A stretch of DNA of 49,951 nt from Candidatus Woesearchaeota archaeon (GCA_007117735.1 SKGA01000028.1:1-49951), one strand, 5' to 3'; positions 10,156 to 19,520 are shown, counted from the first letter of the stretch. The notes: generated by a model not told the origin, from the sequence alone. Made by a program: numbers and translations.

Positions 10156-11448
10156 TTAAGGTTTCCATCGAAGCATAGTTCTTGGAAAGGCGATTGCATC
10201 TTTAACATTATCTAAGCCGCAAATCCAAGCAATTACTCGTTCAGTACCTACTCCGTATCCTGCATGAGGAACGCTACCGTATCTTCTCGAGTCAAAATAC
10301 CAATCGTACTGTTCTGGATCTTCACCATCTGCTTTAAGTCGTTCTTTCATATCTTCAATATCAAGACTTCGTTCACTTCCACCAATAATTTCTACCCCTG
10401 TTGGAGAGAGCATGTCAAAGCAGAGCGCCTCATCAGGTTGATTTGGATCTCGAGGTTTGTAAAAACCCATTGCTTCTACAGGATAATGAGTTACACAAAC
10501 AGGTGTCTGAAAATGATTCATTAAAGCACGCTCTTCCTCAGTTCGCAAATCTTTTCCAAAGGGAATATCAATGCAATCTTTTTCTTTAATAATAGCAAGT
10601 GCTTCTCGATATTTCATAGAAGGCCATTCTTGCTCACACATTCTTAAAAGAGCATCTGGATCTTGTTCTAGAAAAATAAACTCTTCTCTACAACGAGAAA
10701 CTGCTTGAGAAATACAATATTTTAATTCCTCTTGAGCAAAATCTGTGAGTTCTTGTAAATTCAACCAAGCACATTCCATTTCAGCCATCCAGAATTCGCT
10801 TAAATGTCTTGATGTCTTACTTTTTTCTGCTCGAAAAGTTGGACCAAAATTATAAATTTTTTCCAGAGAAAAAATTCCTGCCTCCCCATATAACTGCCAG
10901 GTTTGTGCAAGGTAAACATGAGTATCATAATACGATACTTCAAAAAGCGTACTTCCTCCTTCTGATTGTGTTGGTTGGAGAATGGGAGTATCAAATCGAT
11001 AAAACCCTTTATTTCGAAAAAATTCATCCCGAGCTTGAATATACGCGCTTCTTATTTTAAAAATCGCTGTTTGTCGTCGTGAACGAATAGCTAAATGTCG
11101 GTAATCAAGTAAATGTTCAGGACTCTGATCTTTTTGAATGGGAAATTCATGGCTTGCACCTACAAGAGCAAGAGAAGAAACAACAAGTTCGAATCCGTTT
11201 GGAGCTCGATCATCTGCTTTGAGAGTTCCTGTAAGAGTAATGCTTGCTTCTATTTGAAGATCTTTTGCTTGTTGGAATTGTTCTTCTCCAACGACGTCTT
11301 TTTCAACAACACATTGGATATGTGATGAATGATCCCGAAGAACAATAAACCGTAATTTGTTGTTTCCTCGTTCTCGATACACCCAACCTCGTAATTGTAC
11401 TTCGCCAGTTTGTTGTGTAATTGCTTCTTGAATAGATATAAATGTCAT
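10156..11448 (-). CDS. asnS: Asparaginyl-tRNA synthetase
   Basis: 430 aa with an N-terminal OB fold (LRGWVYRERGNNKLRFIVLRD) and class II motifs. The AsnRS-diagnostic C-terminus is GGSERS...YDWYFDSRRYGSVPHAGYGVGTERVIAWICGLDNVKDAIAFPR. Confidence 0.9.
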   Translation of the reverse strand: MTFISIQEAITQQTGEVQLRGWVYRERGNNKLRFIVLRDHSSHIQCVVEKDVVGEEQFQQAKDLQIEASITLTGTLKADDRAPNGFELVVSSLALVGASHEFPIQKDQSPEHLLDYRHLAIRSRRQTAIFKIRSAYIQARDEFFRNKGFYRFDTPILQPTQSEGGSTLFEVSYYDTHVYLAQTWQLYGEAGIFSLEKIYNFGPTFRAEKSKTSRHLSEFWMAEMECAWLNLQELTDFAQEELKYCISQAVSRCREEFIFLEQDPDALLRMCEQEWPSMKYREALAIIKEKDCIDIPFGKDLRTEEERALMNHFQTPVCVTHYPVEAMGFYKPRDPNQPDEALCFDMLSPTGVEIIGGSERSLDIEDMKERLKADGEDPEQYDWYFDSRRYGSVPHAGYGVGTERVIAWICGLDNVKDAIAFPRTMLRWKP

Positions 11449-11502
11449 AACAAGAACAAAACACTACTTATTTAAAAACTTACTTCTTGCACAAGGTTAA
11501 CC

Positions 11503-12642
11503 ATGAAAAAAACAGTCTTTATCACAGGTACAAATAGTGGATTTGGATATGAAACAGTTCTCTACTTCCATAAAAAAGGGTGGAATGTTATTGCCACGAT
11601 GAGAAAGAAAAAAAACATCTTTCCAAAGGAAGTGACCGTACTTGAAATGGACTTAGAAAATCACCAATCAATTACTCAAGCAGTAAAACAAGCAGTAAAA
11701 AAATACAAAACAATCGATGTACTCATTAATAATGCAGGTTATGGGATCAGTGGTGTTTTTGAAGAAACAGCATTAGATCACATACAAAAAAACATGGATG
11801 TGAACTATACTGGAACTATAAAAGTAACTCAAGAACTCTATTCAATTTTTCTTCAGCAAGGATTTGGAAGAATTATTACGGTGACGTCTGTGGCTGGAAG
11901 AATAGGTCTCTCCCTTATGAGTGCATATAATGCTTCAAAATTTGCTCTTGAAGGTTTTTTTGAAGGTTTAAGTTATGAAGCAAGGGAAAAAAACATTCAT
12001 ATAAAATTATTAGAACCAGGATATTTCAGAACAAAATTTGTAAAAAATGTAGATTGGGCTTCAGAAAAAGAACAATCAATATTTAATAAAAAAAATACGT
12101 CACTACACAAAGGAGGAAATCCAAAAATTGTTGCTAAGAAATTATTTGCGCTATCTACTAACACCTCTTTTAAATTACGATATAGCATCGGTATTGATGC
12201 GAAAGCAGGATTATTTTTAAAAAATATTCTCGGTGGAAAAGTATTTCAAGAGATAATGGGAATGTATTCTTTTCCTAAAAAAAATCTACGAAAAGAATTT
12301 AAAAGATCAAAAAATCTTACCTTTTTAGAGGGGGAGTATCAAGGAGTTTTTTCGTGGCGATGTTCCTTTCTTCAATTAATGTTAAGATTTTTCTCTTGGA
12401 AAGGAAAAAGGTTTTATGAGAATAAAACTGCAGATGCTCTTATTATGAAAAGAATGACATGGCGGATTGGAAAAGCAACAGTACAAGCGTCATCGTTTCG
12501 AGGTAGACCTACTATTGCGATGAAGTATAAGTTTTTACCTATTGTCGACCATTTTAGAAAAGTAAACGAACAAGAAATTATAGGAGTAATGACGATCTTT
12601 TCAATTCCCGTCTATTACTTTATGTTGCGAAAAGTAAGATAA
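11503..12642 (+). CDS. Short-chain dehydrogenase/reductase with a roughly 130-aa C-terminal extension
   Basis: SDR motifs: VFITGTNSGFGYE (TGxxxGxG), NNAG, YNASKFALEG (YxxxK). The final third has no recognised motif. Confidence 0.8.
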   Translation: MKKTVFITGTNSGFGYETVLYFHKKGWNVIATMRKKKNIFPKEVTVLEMDLENHQSITQAVKQAVKKYKTIDVLINNAGYGISGVFEETALDHIQKNMDVNYTGTIKVTQELYSIFLQQGFGRIITVTSVAGRIGLSLMSAYNASKFALEGFFEGLSYEAREKNIHIKLLEPGYFRTKFVKNVDWASEKEQSIFNKKNTSLHKGGNPKIVAKKLFALSTNTSFKLRYSIGIDAKAGLFLKNILGGKVFQEIMGMYSFPKKNLRKEFKRSKNLTFLEGEYQGVFSWRCSFLQLMLRFFSWKGKRFYENKTADALIMKRMTWRIGKATVQASSFRGRPTIAMKYKFLPIVDHFRKVNEQEIIGVMTIFSIPVYYFMLRKVR

Positions 12643-13854
12643 TTATTCTTGTTTCCAGTCAAGAAGAATCGTTGCCGCTTTTCGTTCCTCTTCTTCTTTG
12701 TATCGCATAGCAATATTACTTGAAAATTCTTTTTTCTCTTTTCCGGAAAAGTATTGTTCTAAAAAAGAGTTTGCAAATGAAGTATATTCTCCTTTTCGTA
12801 TTGCTTCTCGTAAGTCTTTCATTAATTGACTCATAAAATGAAGATTATGAATTGTTGCTAGACGATATCCTAATAACTCGTGCGTTCGTAATAAATGATG
12901 AAGATACGATCTTGAATAATGTTTACACGTGTGACATTCACAACCTTCAAAAATCGGACCTGAATCATTCTTAAACACTCTTTTCTTAATCATAATCCTT
13001 CCTGTTGGCGTGAATAAACTCCCGTGTCGAGCATTTGAAGTAGGATAAATACTATCAAAACAATCAACACCGTAGCCTACTGCTCGAACAATATCAGGAG
13101 GACTTCCAAGACCCATAAGATAACGAGGCTTTTCTCGAGGAAGATGTAAAACAGATTCATACACATTCTCAAAAAGTTCATCCCTACTCTCCCCGATAAC
13201 CAAGCCACCCAGAGCATATCCGTCAAAATCTAAAGAACCAATTTTATGAGTTGAAAATCGTCGATATTCTTTTGAAGTTCCTCCTTGTGCAATACCGAAG
13301 AGTAATTGTTTACTTCCTAATTCTTCTCGTCGCTTTTTATGATGTTCAAGACACCGTTCTGCCCAACGATGGGTTCGTTTAATAGCATCAACATATTCTT
13401 TTCCTGAGAGCCCGTAATGCGCCACATCATCAAAAGTCATTGCAACATCAGAACCTAGAGCAAGTTGATAATCCATAGATACTTCGGGAGTAAAAAAGTG
13501 TTTTTTCCCATGTCCATCTTTAAAGAAAACTCCACAATCTTCTTTTTTGAGAAGAAAATCTTTACTGAGAACTTGAAATCCTCCGCTGTCTGTAAAAATT
13601 GTTTTGGAGAAATGCATAAAAGAATGAATGCCTCCTTGATCTTGTACGATATCTATTCCTGGACTGAGTGAAAGAATAAAACTATTAGAAATAATACTTT
13701 CAAAACCTAATGCTTCAATATCTTTTCCTTCAAGAGCTTTTACACTTCCTTTTGAGGCTACAGGCATAAAAAAAGGCGTAGTTACTGTTCCAGAAGCAGT
13801 GTGTAACGATCCTACCCGGGCAAGACCGTCTTCGTAATGAATATCAAAAGACAT
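12643..13854 (-). CDS. tgt: tRNA-guanine transglycosylase, bacterial/eukaryotic (queuine/preQ1) type
   Basis: Collinear with bacterial Tgt: FMPVASKGSVKAL, TDSGGFQV, FDGYALGGLVIGE, KPRYLMGLGSP, PTSNARHG and the zinc motif CECHTCKHYSRSYLHHLLRTHELLGYRLATIHNLHF. Confidence 0.9.
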   Translation of the reverse strand: MSFDIHYEDGLARVGSLHTASGTVTTPFFMPVASKGSVKALEGKDIEALGFESIISNSFILSLSPGIDIVQDQGGIHSFMHFSKTIFTDSGGFQVLSKDFLLKKEDCGVFFKDGHGKKHFFTPEVSMDYQLALGSDVAMTFDDVAHYGLSGKEYVDAIKRTHRWAERCLEHHKKRREELGSKQLLFGIAQGGTSKEYRRFSTHKIGSLDFDGYALGGLVIGESRDELFENVYESVLHLPREKPRYLMGLGSPPDIVRAVGYGVDCFDSIYPTSNARHGSLFTPTGRIMIKKRVFKNDSGPIFEGCECHTCKHYSRSYLHHLLRTHELLGYRLATIHNLHFMSQLMKDLREAIRKGEYTSFANSFLEQYFSGKEKKEFSSNIAMRYKEEEERKAATILLDWKQE

Positions 13855-13898
13855 AAAAAAAAGAAAAGAAAAAGAATTTATATACTTACTGACAAGAG

Positions 13899-14687
13899 TT
13901 ACTTATTAATATGATGTAACACGTCTTGTACTTCTTTATTGTGAAATACTAGATCATTAAGTGCTTTACTTACACCGTGAGGATTTTCATCTTGCCAGAC
14001 GTTTCTTCCTACTGCAAATCCAGTAATTCCTGTACTCAACATTTCTTTTGAAGTATGAAGAAAGTCTTGTGGAGATTGTTTATCTCCCCCTGCAGCAAGT
14101 ACTCGTGCACGACCAGCATTTTTTACAACCCATTTAAATCCTTCAGGATCATGATTGTATTTTAGTTTAAGAAAATCAGCACCTAATTCTAGGCCTATTC
14201 GTGCTGCGTAAGCAAGAATATTTGTGTCAATATCGTTTTTGATTGCTTTTCCTCGAGGATACATCCATGCAATCACAGGAATCCCGTAATCGTGAGCTCG
14301 CTCAACTACTGAAGTAAAATTTTGAAAAATGTCTGCTTCTCGAGCGCTTCCAGGAAACAAAGTGTAACCTATAGCATCTGCACCAATTTTTATTGCTCTA
14401 TCAACACTACACAGTTGAGGAGAATAAGGTTCTCCTGAAAGAAGACTTGTTTTGCCATTAATTTTTGCAACTAAAGGAACGTCTTTGTACGCTTCATGAT
14501 AGTACTTCTCTGCCAATCCTGCTTGAAGAATAACTGCAGAATAACGCTGTTCTAAAGCAATATCTAAAATATATTGGGGATCCAAGTTTTTTAAGTTAAA
14601 ATCTTGTGGACCATGTTCTAAACCTTGATCGCATGCCAGCATAAGTGAGCGATCGCCTCGTAACAATTTATTGGTATTTATTTTCAT
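13899..14687 (-). CDS. Class I (DhnA/FbaB-type) fructose-bisphosphate aldolase family protein
   Basis: 262 aa TIM-barrel-like protein. CDQGLEHGP and DFLKLKY (Schiff-base Lys region) are typical of archaeal class IA aldolase. The related ADH synthase cannot be excluded. Confidence 0.75.
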   Translation of the reverse strand: MKINTNKLLRGDRSLMLACDQGLEHGPQDFNLKNLDPQYILDIALEQRYSAVILQAGLAEKYYHEAYKDVPLVAKINGKTSLLSGEPYSPQLCSVDRAIKIGADAIGYTLFPGSAREADIFQNFTSVVERAHDYGIPVIAWMYPRGKAIKNDIDTNILAYAARIGLELGADFLKLKYNHDPEGFKWVVKNAGRARVLAAGGDKQSPQDFLHTSKEMLSTGITGFAVGRNVWQDENPHGVSKALNDLVFHNKEVQDVLHHINK

Positions 14688-14694
14688 ACATTCA

Positions 14695-15951
14695 TCACCT
14701 TTTATGAGTATACTCTAATAGTCGTTTGCTTAACTCGTATTTATCAGTAATAAGCTGAATTTCTCGAGCAAGATCGGGAAGTTGACAAGCGTGTTCTATC
14801 CACGCTACAAAATGATTTTCTTGTTCATTAACATGATAAGAAAAGAGTTCTTGTGAAATAAATTTTAAGTAGTAAGCAAGTTCTTCTAGAGAAGTGATTT
14901 CTTTCCCATTTTTGAAAACGAAAGGATCGCTTGCCTCAAGAGAAAGGGAAGAAGACAATGCAGGATGTTGTGCTTTTTCCAAAGTAACGCTTCCTCCAAA
15001 TTTTCTTTCAGCTAGTTCTTCAAAAGAGCAGAGTCCTTCTTTTGCACCTGCAACAGAAATAACTGCTTCAGCTTGTTTCATACCTCGAATAAGATGTGCA
15101 GGAAGATCATCTTCTGCAAACTGAAGAAAACTAGCAACAAAAGTTGAAGCAAACGCATCTCCCGCTCCCGTACTCTCCACCACAACGTGATTAGGAGTAG
15201 AAGTGATAGTATAAACATTGCCATCATGATAACAACAAATACCATTCTTTCCATCAGTTACTACAACATAAGGTATTCCTTTCAAACCTAGTGATGTTGT
15301 TACTTCCTGCAAATTTCCTGTAACGGATAAAAGATTTTGAGCTTCTTCTTTATTTAAGACGAGCACTTCACAAATATCAAGAATTTCTTGTAAAGCAGCA
15401 TAGCCTTCTTGAGCTTGATAATTGGAAGGATTAAAAGCGATTTTTGTACCTTGAGAAAAAAGAATTTGTGCAAGTTGAATTGCTGTTTGATACGACTCCG
15501 CCATCATAGAAGAAATATATAGCCATTTTGAAGATAAACGAGAAATATCCAATTCATCAAAACGAAGATGATTATTTACTCCCTTGTATGTTAAAATTGT
15601 TCGATCATGTTCTAAAGAATCCAAAATAATAGAGTAACCTGTTTGTCCTTTCTGAGAACCCAAAAAATCAACTCCTTGTGAGGAGAGTAATTCAAGCACC
15701 TTAGATCCATTTTCATCAGATCCTATTTTTCCAATATACCCTGTTTTCAAACCAAGCTTTGCAAAAGAAGCGGCCGTATTTGTGCCACCTCCACCCACAG
15801 AAAATTGTAAAGACGAAACAAGAATCTTACTTCCGCTAGGATATGCAATTAAATCTTTTTCAGAAGTTGAAGTGATAAACTTTACAAGTTGAGAAGTAGT
15901 ATGTGCAAATACATCAACAGTCGCACTACCTAAACTTAATATATCGTACAC
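14695..15951 (-). CDS. PfkB/ribokinase-family sugar or nucleoside kinase with a roughly 100-aa C-terminal extra domain
   Basis: GGGGTNTAASFAKLG (N-terminal PfkB signature) and TGAGDAFASTF (anion hole/catalytic Asp). The extension after about aa 310 has no PfkB counterpart. Confidence 0.8.
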   Translation of the reverse strand: MYDILSLGSATVDVFAHTTSQLVKFITSTSEKDLIAYPSGSKILVSSLQFSVGGGGTNTAASFAKLGLKTGYIGKIGSDENGSKVLELLSSQGVDFLGSQKGQTGYSIILDSLEHDRTILTYKGVNNHLRFDELDISRLSSKWLYISSMMAESYQTAIQLAQILFSQGTKIAFNPSNYQAQEGYAALQEILDICEVLVLNKEEAQNLLSVTGNLQEVTTSLGLKGIPYVVVTDGKNGICCYHDGNVYTITSTPNHVVVESTGAGDAFASTFVASFLQFAEDDLPAHLIRGMKQAEAVISVAGAKEGLCSFEELAERKFGGSVTLEKAQHPALSSSLSLEASDPFVFKNGKEITSLEELAYYLKFISQELFSYHVNEQENHFVAWIEHACQLPDLAREIQLITDKYELSKRLLEYTHKR

Positions 15952-16026
15952 TTACAAACACCTCTTTATAAAAAACCAAGAAATAATTCTTTATAAACAT
16001 ATCTATTTTCAAAATAATGATAACGA

Positions 16027-16040
16027 TATATTTATAAGCT
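16027..16040 (+). promoter_or_regulatory. TATA-box-like element
   Basis: TATATTTATAAGC lies about 22-34 nt upstream of the ATG at 16061. Confidence 0.4.
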
Positions 16041-16060
16041 TAAAATAATTAAAATAATTG

Positions 16061-17170
16061 ATGATTATACAACTAAAAAAAGTAGAAAATGAGGATGCGA
16101 CTGAAGTTGGTACGTTAGCAAAACTAAAGTTTAAACTTATCGACATGATTGCTCAACCGTTTCAACTAATTCTCACTCATCAAACAATTGAAAAGTTATT
16201 TTCTGACGCAGATATTCTTCAAGAGAAAAGTCAAAAACCAGAAAGTGAAGAAGGACAAGTAGAGTTATTTAAACAAGTTACTGAAAAATTGCAAGCTGTG
16301 CAATTTGATCCTGAAACAACATCTCAATTAAGAGAATATTTCGAGTTATTAACATTAGATGCGAATAATCTAAGAAGTCTTTCGCAACTTTCAGAACAAA
16401 AATCTATTTTAGTAATAAGTCCAAGTTTAAGTTATGAGCGAAGCAATAAAGAACAACGAATATTTTTTGCAAATAATAATTTCTATCAGTTTATTGAAAC
16501 AATAAAATCTATTCTTGCAAGTATATTCACACCCCAAGCAATCAAAGAACGAAAAGAACAAAATATTACCTCCTGGAATGTTGCACTTCTCGCATATAAA
16601 CTTCCCGAATTACAAACATGTATTGAAGTAACAAGAAATAAAGAAGAATCAGTCATTAAAACATATGTTGGTTTCCCTGATATTAGAAAAGAAGTACAAA
16701 AAGACACCTTTAAAGTATCAGGACTAATACCTCAAATCACTCATCGAACAATTGTTCAACAAAAAGAAGTCTGTATTTTTAATATGGAGCAAAATCAAGT
16801 AATATCAAAAGCATATTACCAACAAAGTTCTCCAACACAAAATGTGACCGATCAAGATGTTCTTGAAGCTGTTCGGTTGACAAATAAAATTTCTAAATTA
16901 CACGAACAAGAAATTCTTTCTACACTATTTATTAAATCAAAACAAGGAAGTTTATTATTGCTTGATGTGAATCCTTATCAAGAACAAAAAGCTCAAGAAG
17001 AAGAGAAAAAAGAATCCTCTATTGAAGAAAAAAGAACTATTGTACAAACTATTGCTCAACTTGTTCAAGCTCTTGAACGAGATATTATTCTCGATAGTCC
17101 TCGAGGACAGATTGATCAAAAAATTACTACGCTTCATCTTCTTCTTGATGAACTTGATCAGCTCGATTGA
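16061..17170 (+). CDS. Hypothetical protein, possibly a degenerate PEP-utilising-enzyme N-terminal (ATP-grasp-like) domain
   Basis: Clean ORF. The track start at 16058 is TTG and an ATG follows at 16061. There is loose resemblance to the PPDK_N layout (VISPSLSYERS...IFTPQAIKERKEQ...VALLAYKL...). The tail is acidic and helical. Confidence 0.4.
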   Translation: MIIQLKKVENEDATEVGTLAKLKFKLIDMIAQPFQLILTHQTIEKLFSDADILQEKSQKPESEEGQVELFKQVTEKLQAVQFDPETTSQLREYFELLTLDANNLRSLSQLSEQKSILVISPSLSYERSNKEQRIFFANNNFYQFIETIKSILASIFTPQAIKERKEQNITSWNVALLAYKLPELQTCIEVTRNKEESVIKTYVGFPDIRKEVQKDTFKVSGLIPQITHRTIVQQKEVCIFNMEQNQVISKAYYQQSSPTQNVTDQDVLEAVRLTNKISKLHEQEILSTLFIKSKQGSLLLLDVNPYQEQKAQEEEKKESSIEEKRTIVQTIAQLVQALERDIILDSPRGQIDQKITTLHLLLDELDQLD

Positions 17171-18110
17171 GTAAAACTATTTTTCTACGCAGCGATTTAT
17201 GAACTGGAAAAGAATAACTAAATTCTTCAACCCATTCTGGTGAAGTAAGTTCTGTTTCTGCTTCCAAACCTAAAACTAAGCGTTGCGCAAAAAAAGCTAC
17301 TATGTGTAAAAAAGAGTGATAAAGAGAGTGTTTCTCCAAAGAAACAAGGCTATTTTTTCCGTAAGGTAAATCACTAATAAGAACCGGACAGGAAATTTCT
17401 AAAGCAAGAGCATCAGAGACAAAAAAGGACGTATCAACGACGTTTTCTTGTGCAAAAGAAATAAGTTTTGGAGAGATATCACTTCCTGAAACTGCTAAGC
17501 CTTGACGTTTTCCTTCAAGAACAATTCCTCCAACGCCACAAAAAGGATCGTGAAAGGTATCTGTTTGTGCTAAAGATATCATCGCTTTGGCAAACTTTGG
17601 ATGTATGGCCGTGGGATGAGGTTTTGCAAGTAAATGAGTTCTTCGAGAAGAAGGACTATCTTTGTTAATACTACATTCTTTTGTTAAGTAAACTTTGTTT
17701 TCAGTCCAAAAAATATAATAGTGATGTGTTGGATTAGTAAGATTTACCGATATAGTTTGTTTAGAAAAAAGTAAAGAGAGTGTTTCTCTGGTTGAAGGAT
17801 CGTCTGGAGAAGAAGAAAAAACACTTACTTTTGCATCATCTTCTAAGTGAGGGAGAAACGAAGTGATTGAATCTCGTGAAGCTGAAGCAATAAATTTACT
17901 GGTGGATTGTACAAACCCAAAAAGAGAAGTATCCAGAGGACCGAAAGTTGAAGATAAAGAGACAATTCTTGGTGAAAAAATAGTCAAATCAGAATCATAT
18001 CGTCGTCGAAGTTCTTCTTGACCTAAAACAGGATGATCTCCGTAAAGATAAAAGAAAAAAAGAGAATCAGTATTCCCAACCATTTTCCTCGACATGTTTT
18101 TTCTTAGCAT
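17127..18110 (-). CDS. Trm11/Trm14-like tRNA (guanine-N2)-methyltransferase
   Basis: SAM-methyltransferase motif I DPFCGVGGIVLEG and catalytic SDLPYG are present. The N-terminal FFFYLYGDHPVLGQEEL resembles the Trm11 N-terminus. The true start may be the internal ATG at 18083 (MVGNTDSLFFF...). Confidence 0.7.
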   Translation of the reverse strand: MLRKNMSRKMVGNTDSLFFFYLYGDHPVLGQEELRRRYDSDLTIFSPRIVSLSSTFGPLDTSLFGFVQSTSKFIASASRDSITSFLPHLEDDAKVSVFSSSPDDPSTRETLSLLFSKQTISVNLTNPTHHYYIFWTENKVYLTKECSINKDSPSSRRTHLLAKPHPTAIHPKFAKAMISLAQTDTFHDPFCGVGGIVLEGKRQGLAVSGSDISPKLISFAQENVVDTSFFVSDALALEISCPVLISDLPYGKNSLVSLEKHSLYHSFLHIVAFFAQRLVLGLEAETELTSPEWVEEFSYSFPVHKSLRRKIVLLNRADQVHQEEDEA

Positions 18111-18558
18111 GAGCTTTAAGCATATTAACTACAAATCCATAGAACGCTTTTTGAAATTCGAGATATTGTGTAATAATATTAATATTAACAACCTCTTCCC
18201 GACCATCAATTGCAGTTACTATAGCTACATGTCGACGATATTCTTGTTCTCGTTGATGTGGAGCTCGAAAGATTTTACGAAGTAAAAAATATAAATCAAT
18301 ATTATCTTGGACTTCCTGATGCGGATAAAGCTGTTTTACTAAGTTTCCTCGCTCAAGAGGTGACTTGGGAACGCGTTCTAAATCTTGCGTATCTTTTGCA
18401 TATTCAAGCAATGCCTCAATAAGAAGATCATAACAATCCATCATTCGAGATAAACAATTAAGAAGAACATCACCTGTTCGGGTATATTTTAAACTGACAT
18501 AAACTAAGTGATCTGCACGCTTTAATTCCTCGCCCGCTTCATCTAATAATTCAATCAA
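18067..18558 (-). CDS. Hypothetical helical protein
   Basis: 163-aa ORF in the same minus-strand run as NAC and Trm11. No family recognised. Confidence 0.45.
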   Translation of the reverse strand: MIELLDEAGEELKRADHLVYVSLKYTRTGDVLLNCLSRMMDCYDLLIEALLEYAKDTQDLERVPKSPLERGNLVKQLYPHQEVQDNIDLYFLLRKIFRAPHQREQEYRRHVAIVTAIDGREEVVNINIITQYLEFQKAFYGFVVNMLKAHAKKKHVEENGWEY

Positions 18559-18947
18559 TGTAAAAACCTCTTCGTGTGTAGAGTAAAAGCGAATGAAAGG
18601 ATAGTTTTAAGCTTTTCTGAAGAAAGCTCAGAAAAATCGTAAGAATCATCAGAAAATAGAAATTTTTCTTTTCGAGAAAAAGCAACTGAACTTTCCTCAT
18701 ATACTTCCTGTAAACGAATAATTTGTTCAATTTGAGCAATATCCTCAGGTAAGAACTCATCTTTGATCTGAATAAACTGTTCACGAAGAGATAATGAAGA
18801 TTCAAAAACGTGTAAAGAAGAAAAAAGATTAGAAAAATAATCAGTAATTTGATGAAAAATAACGAGCAACATTTTTGTATCATTCAGCACAGGATATATC
18901 TCTTCTAAAAGGTATTTTGCATGATATAAGGGTTTAGAGGATATCAT
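18555..18947 (-). CDS. Hypothetical helical protein
   Basis: 130-aa ORF. Its 4-nt overlap with the downstream gene and 1-nt overlap with the NAC stop suggest operon membership. I prefer it to the alternative-frame ORF 18551..18883, which is low-complexity and hydrophobic. Confidence 0.45.
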   Translation of the reverse strand: MISSKPLYHAKYLLEEIYPVLNDTKMLLVIFHQITDYFSNLFSSLHVFESSLSLREQFIQIKDEFLPEDIAQIEQIIRLQEVYEESSVAFSRKEKFLFSDDSYDFSELSSEKLKTILSFAFTLHTKRFLH

Positions 18948-19291
18948 TAGTCGTCTTCTTGCAAGGCCAATATTGCTTCTGCCAAATCACCTTTAGCATC
19001 TTCAATAGCTTGATAAGCAACTTCTTTTGAAACGCCTGTTTGATCTATAACAGTTTGTACATCATCATCAGAAATATCTACTTGCATAGAAAGAAGTTCT
19101 TCTCGAGGTTCGCCAACGATTTGATAAGTATTTTGGCCCATCATATTCACTTGGGCTACCTCAGGTTGATCAAAGATTAAATCTCTGTCAGGAAGTCGAA
19201 TAATAACTTGCGTTGCTTCAAGGGATTCTTGTCGAATACCCATTTTCTTCATAGCTTGCTGCATTTGTCGAGGATTCATTCCAGGAAACAT
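18947..19291 (-). CDS. nac: Nascent polypeptide-associated complex protein (archaeal NAC-alpha with C-terminal UBA domain)
   Basis: MFPGMNPRQMQQAMKKMGI, then a NAC beta-barrel segment, then the UBA-like tail VSKEVAYQAIEDAKGDLAEAILAL. Confidence 0.9.
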   Translation of the reverse strand: MFPGMNPRQMQQAMKKMGIRQESLEATQVIIRLPDRDLIFDQPEVAQVNMMGQNTYQIVGEPREELLSMQVDISDDDVQTVIDQTGVSKEVAYQAIEDAKGDLAEAILALQEDD

Positions 19292-19300
19292 ACCATCACC

Positions 19301-19453
19301 TTATAATACATTTAGAGCAATTGTAATAATTGCGATAATCAACGTAATAACAACCACTAATTGTGGAGAGAGAAGTACGATTGATGTCGATGCATCTGAA
19401 AAAGAAGTCAATCCTGCACTACTTTGAGGCATTCTTATTTTATTATCGGCCAT
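19301..19453 (-). CDS. secG: Preprotein translocase subunit Sec61-beta/SecG (archaeal); small ORF absent from the supplied track
   Basis: Hand translation of the minus strand gives MADNKIRMPQSSAGLTSFSDASTSIVLLSPQLVVVITLIIAIITIALNVL* (50 aa). The MPxSxAGL motif plus a single C-terminal TM is the Sec61-beta architecture. A TATA-like box sits upstream and the gene is immediately followed by nac. Confidence 0.7.
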   Translation of the reverse strand: MADNKIRMPQSSAGLTSFSDASTSIVLLSPQLVVVITLIIAIITIALNVL

Positions 19454-19474
19454 ACCTTAAACAAATCTAAAGAG

Positions 19475-19486
19475 ATTTATAAATTT
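19475..19486 (-). promoter_or_regulatory. TATA-box-like element for the secG-nac operon
   Basis: AAATTTATAAAT (minus sense) lies 22-33 nt upstream of the ATG at 19453. Confidence 0.4.
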
Positions 19487-19520
19487 TTGCTTAAGATTTT
19501 TTCGAAAAGAGAATAAGAAC

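Noticed and set aside
18551-18883. 110-aa minus-strand ORF (alternative frame)
   Set aside because: It overlaps the 130-aa ORF 18555-18947 almost completely. Its product is low-complexity and hydrophobic (LLIIFLIFFLLY...), typical of an off-frame reading of AT-rich coding DNA. The other frame couples neatly to its neighbours.
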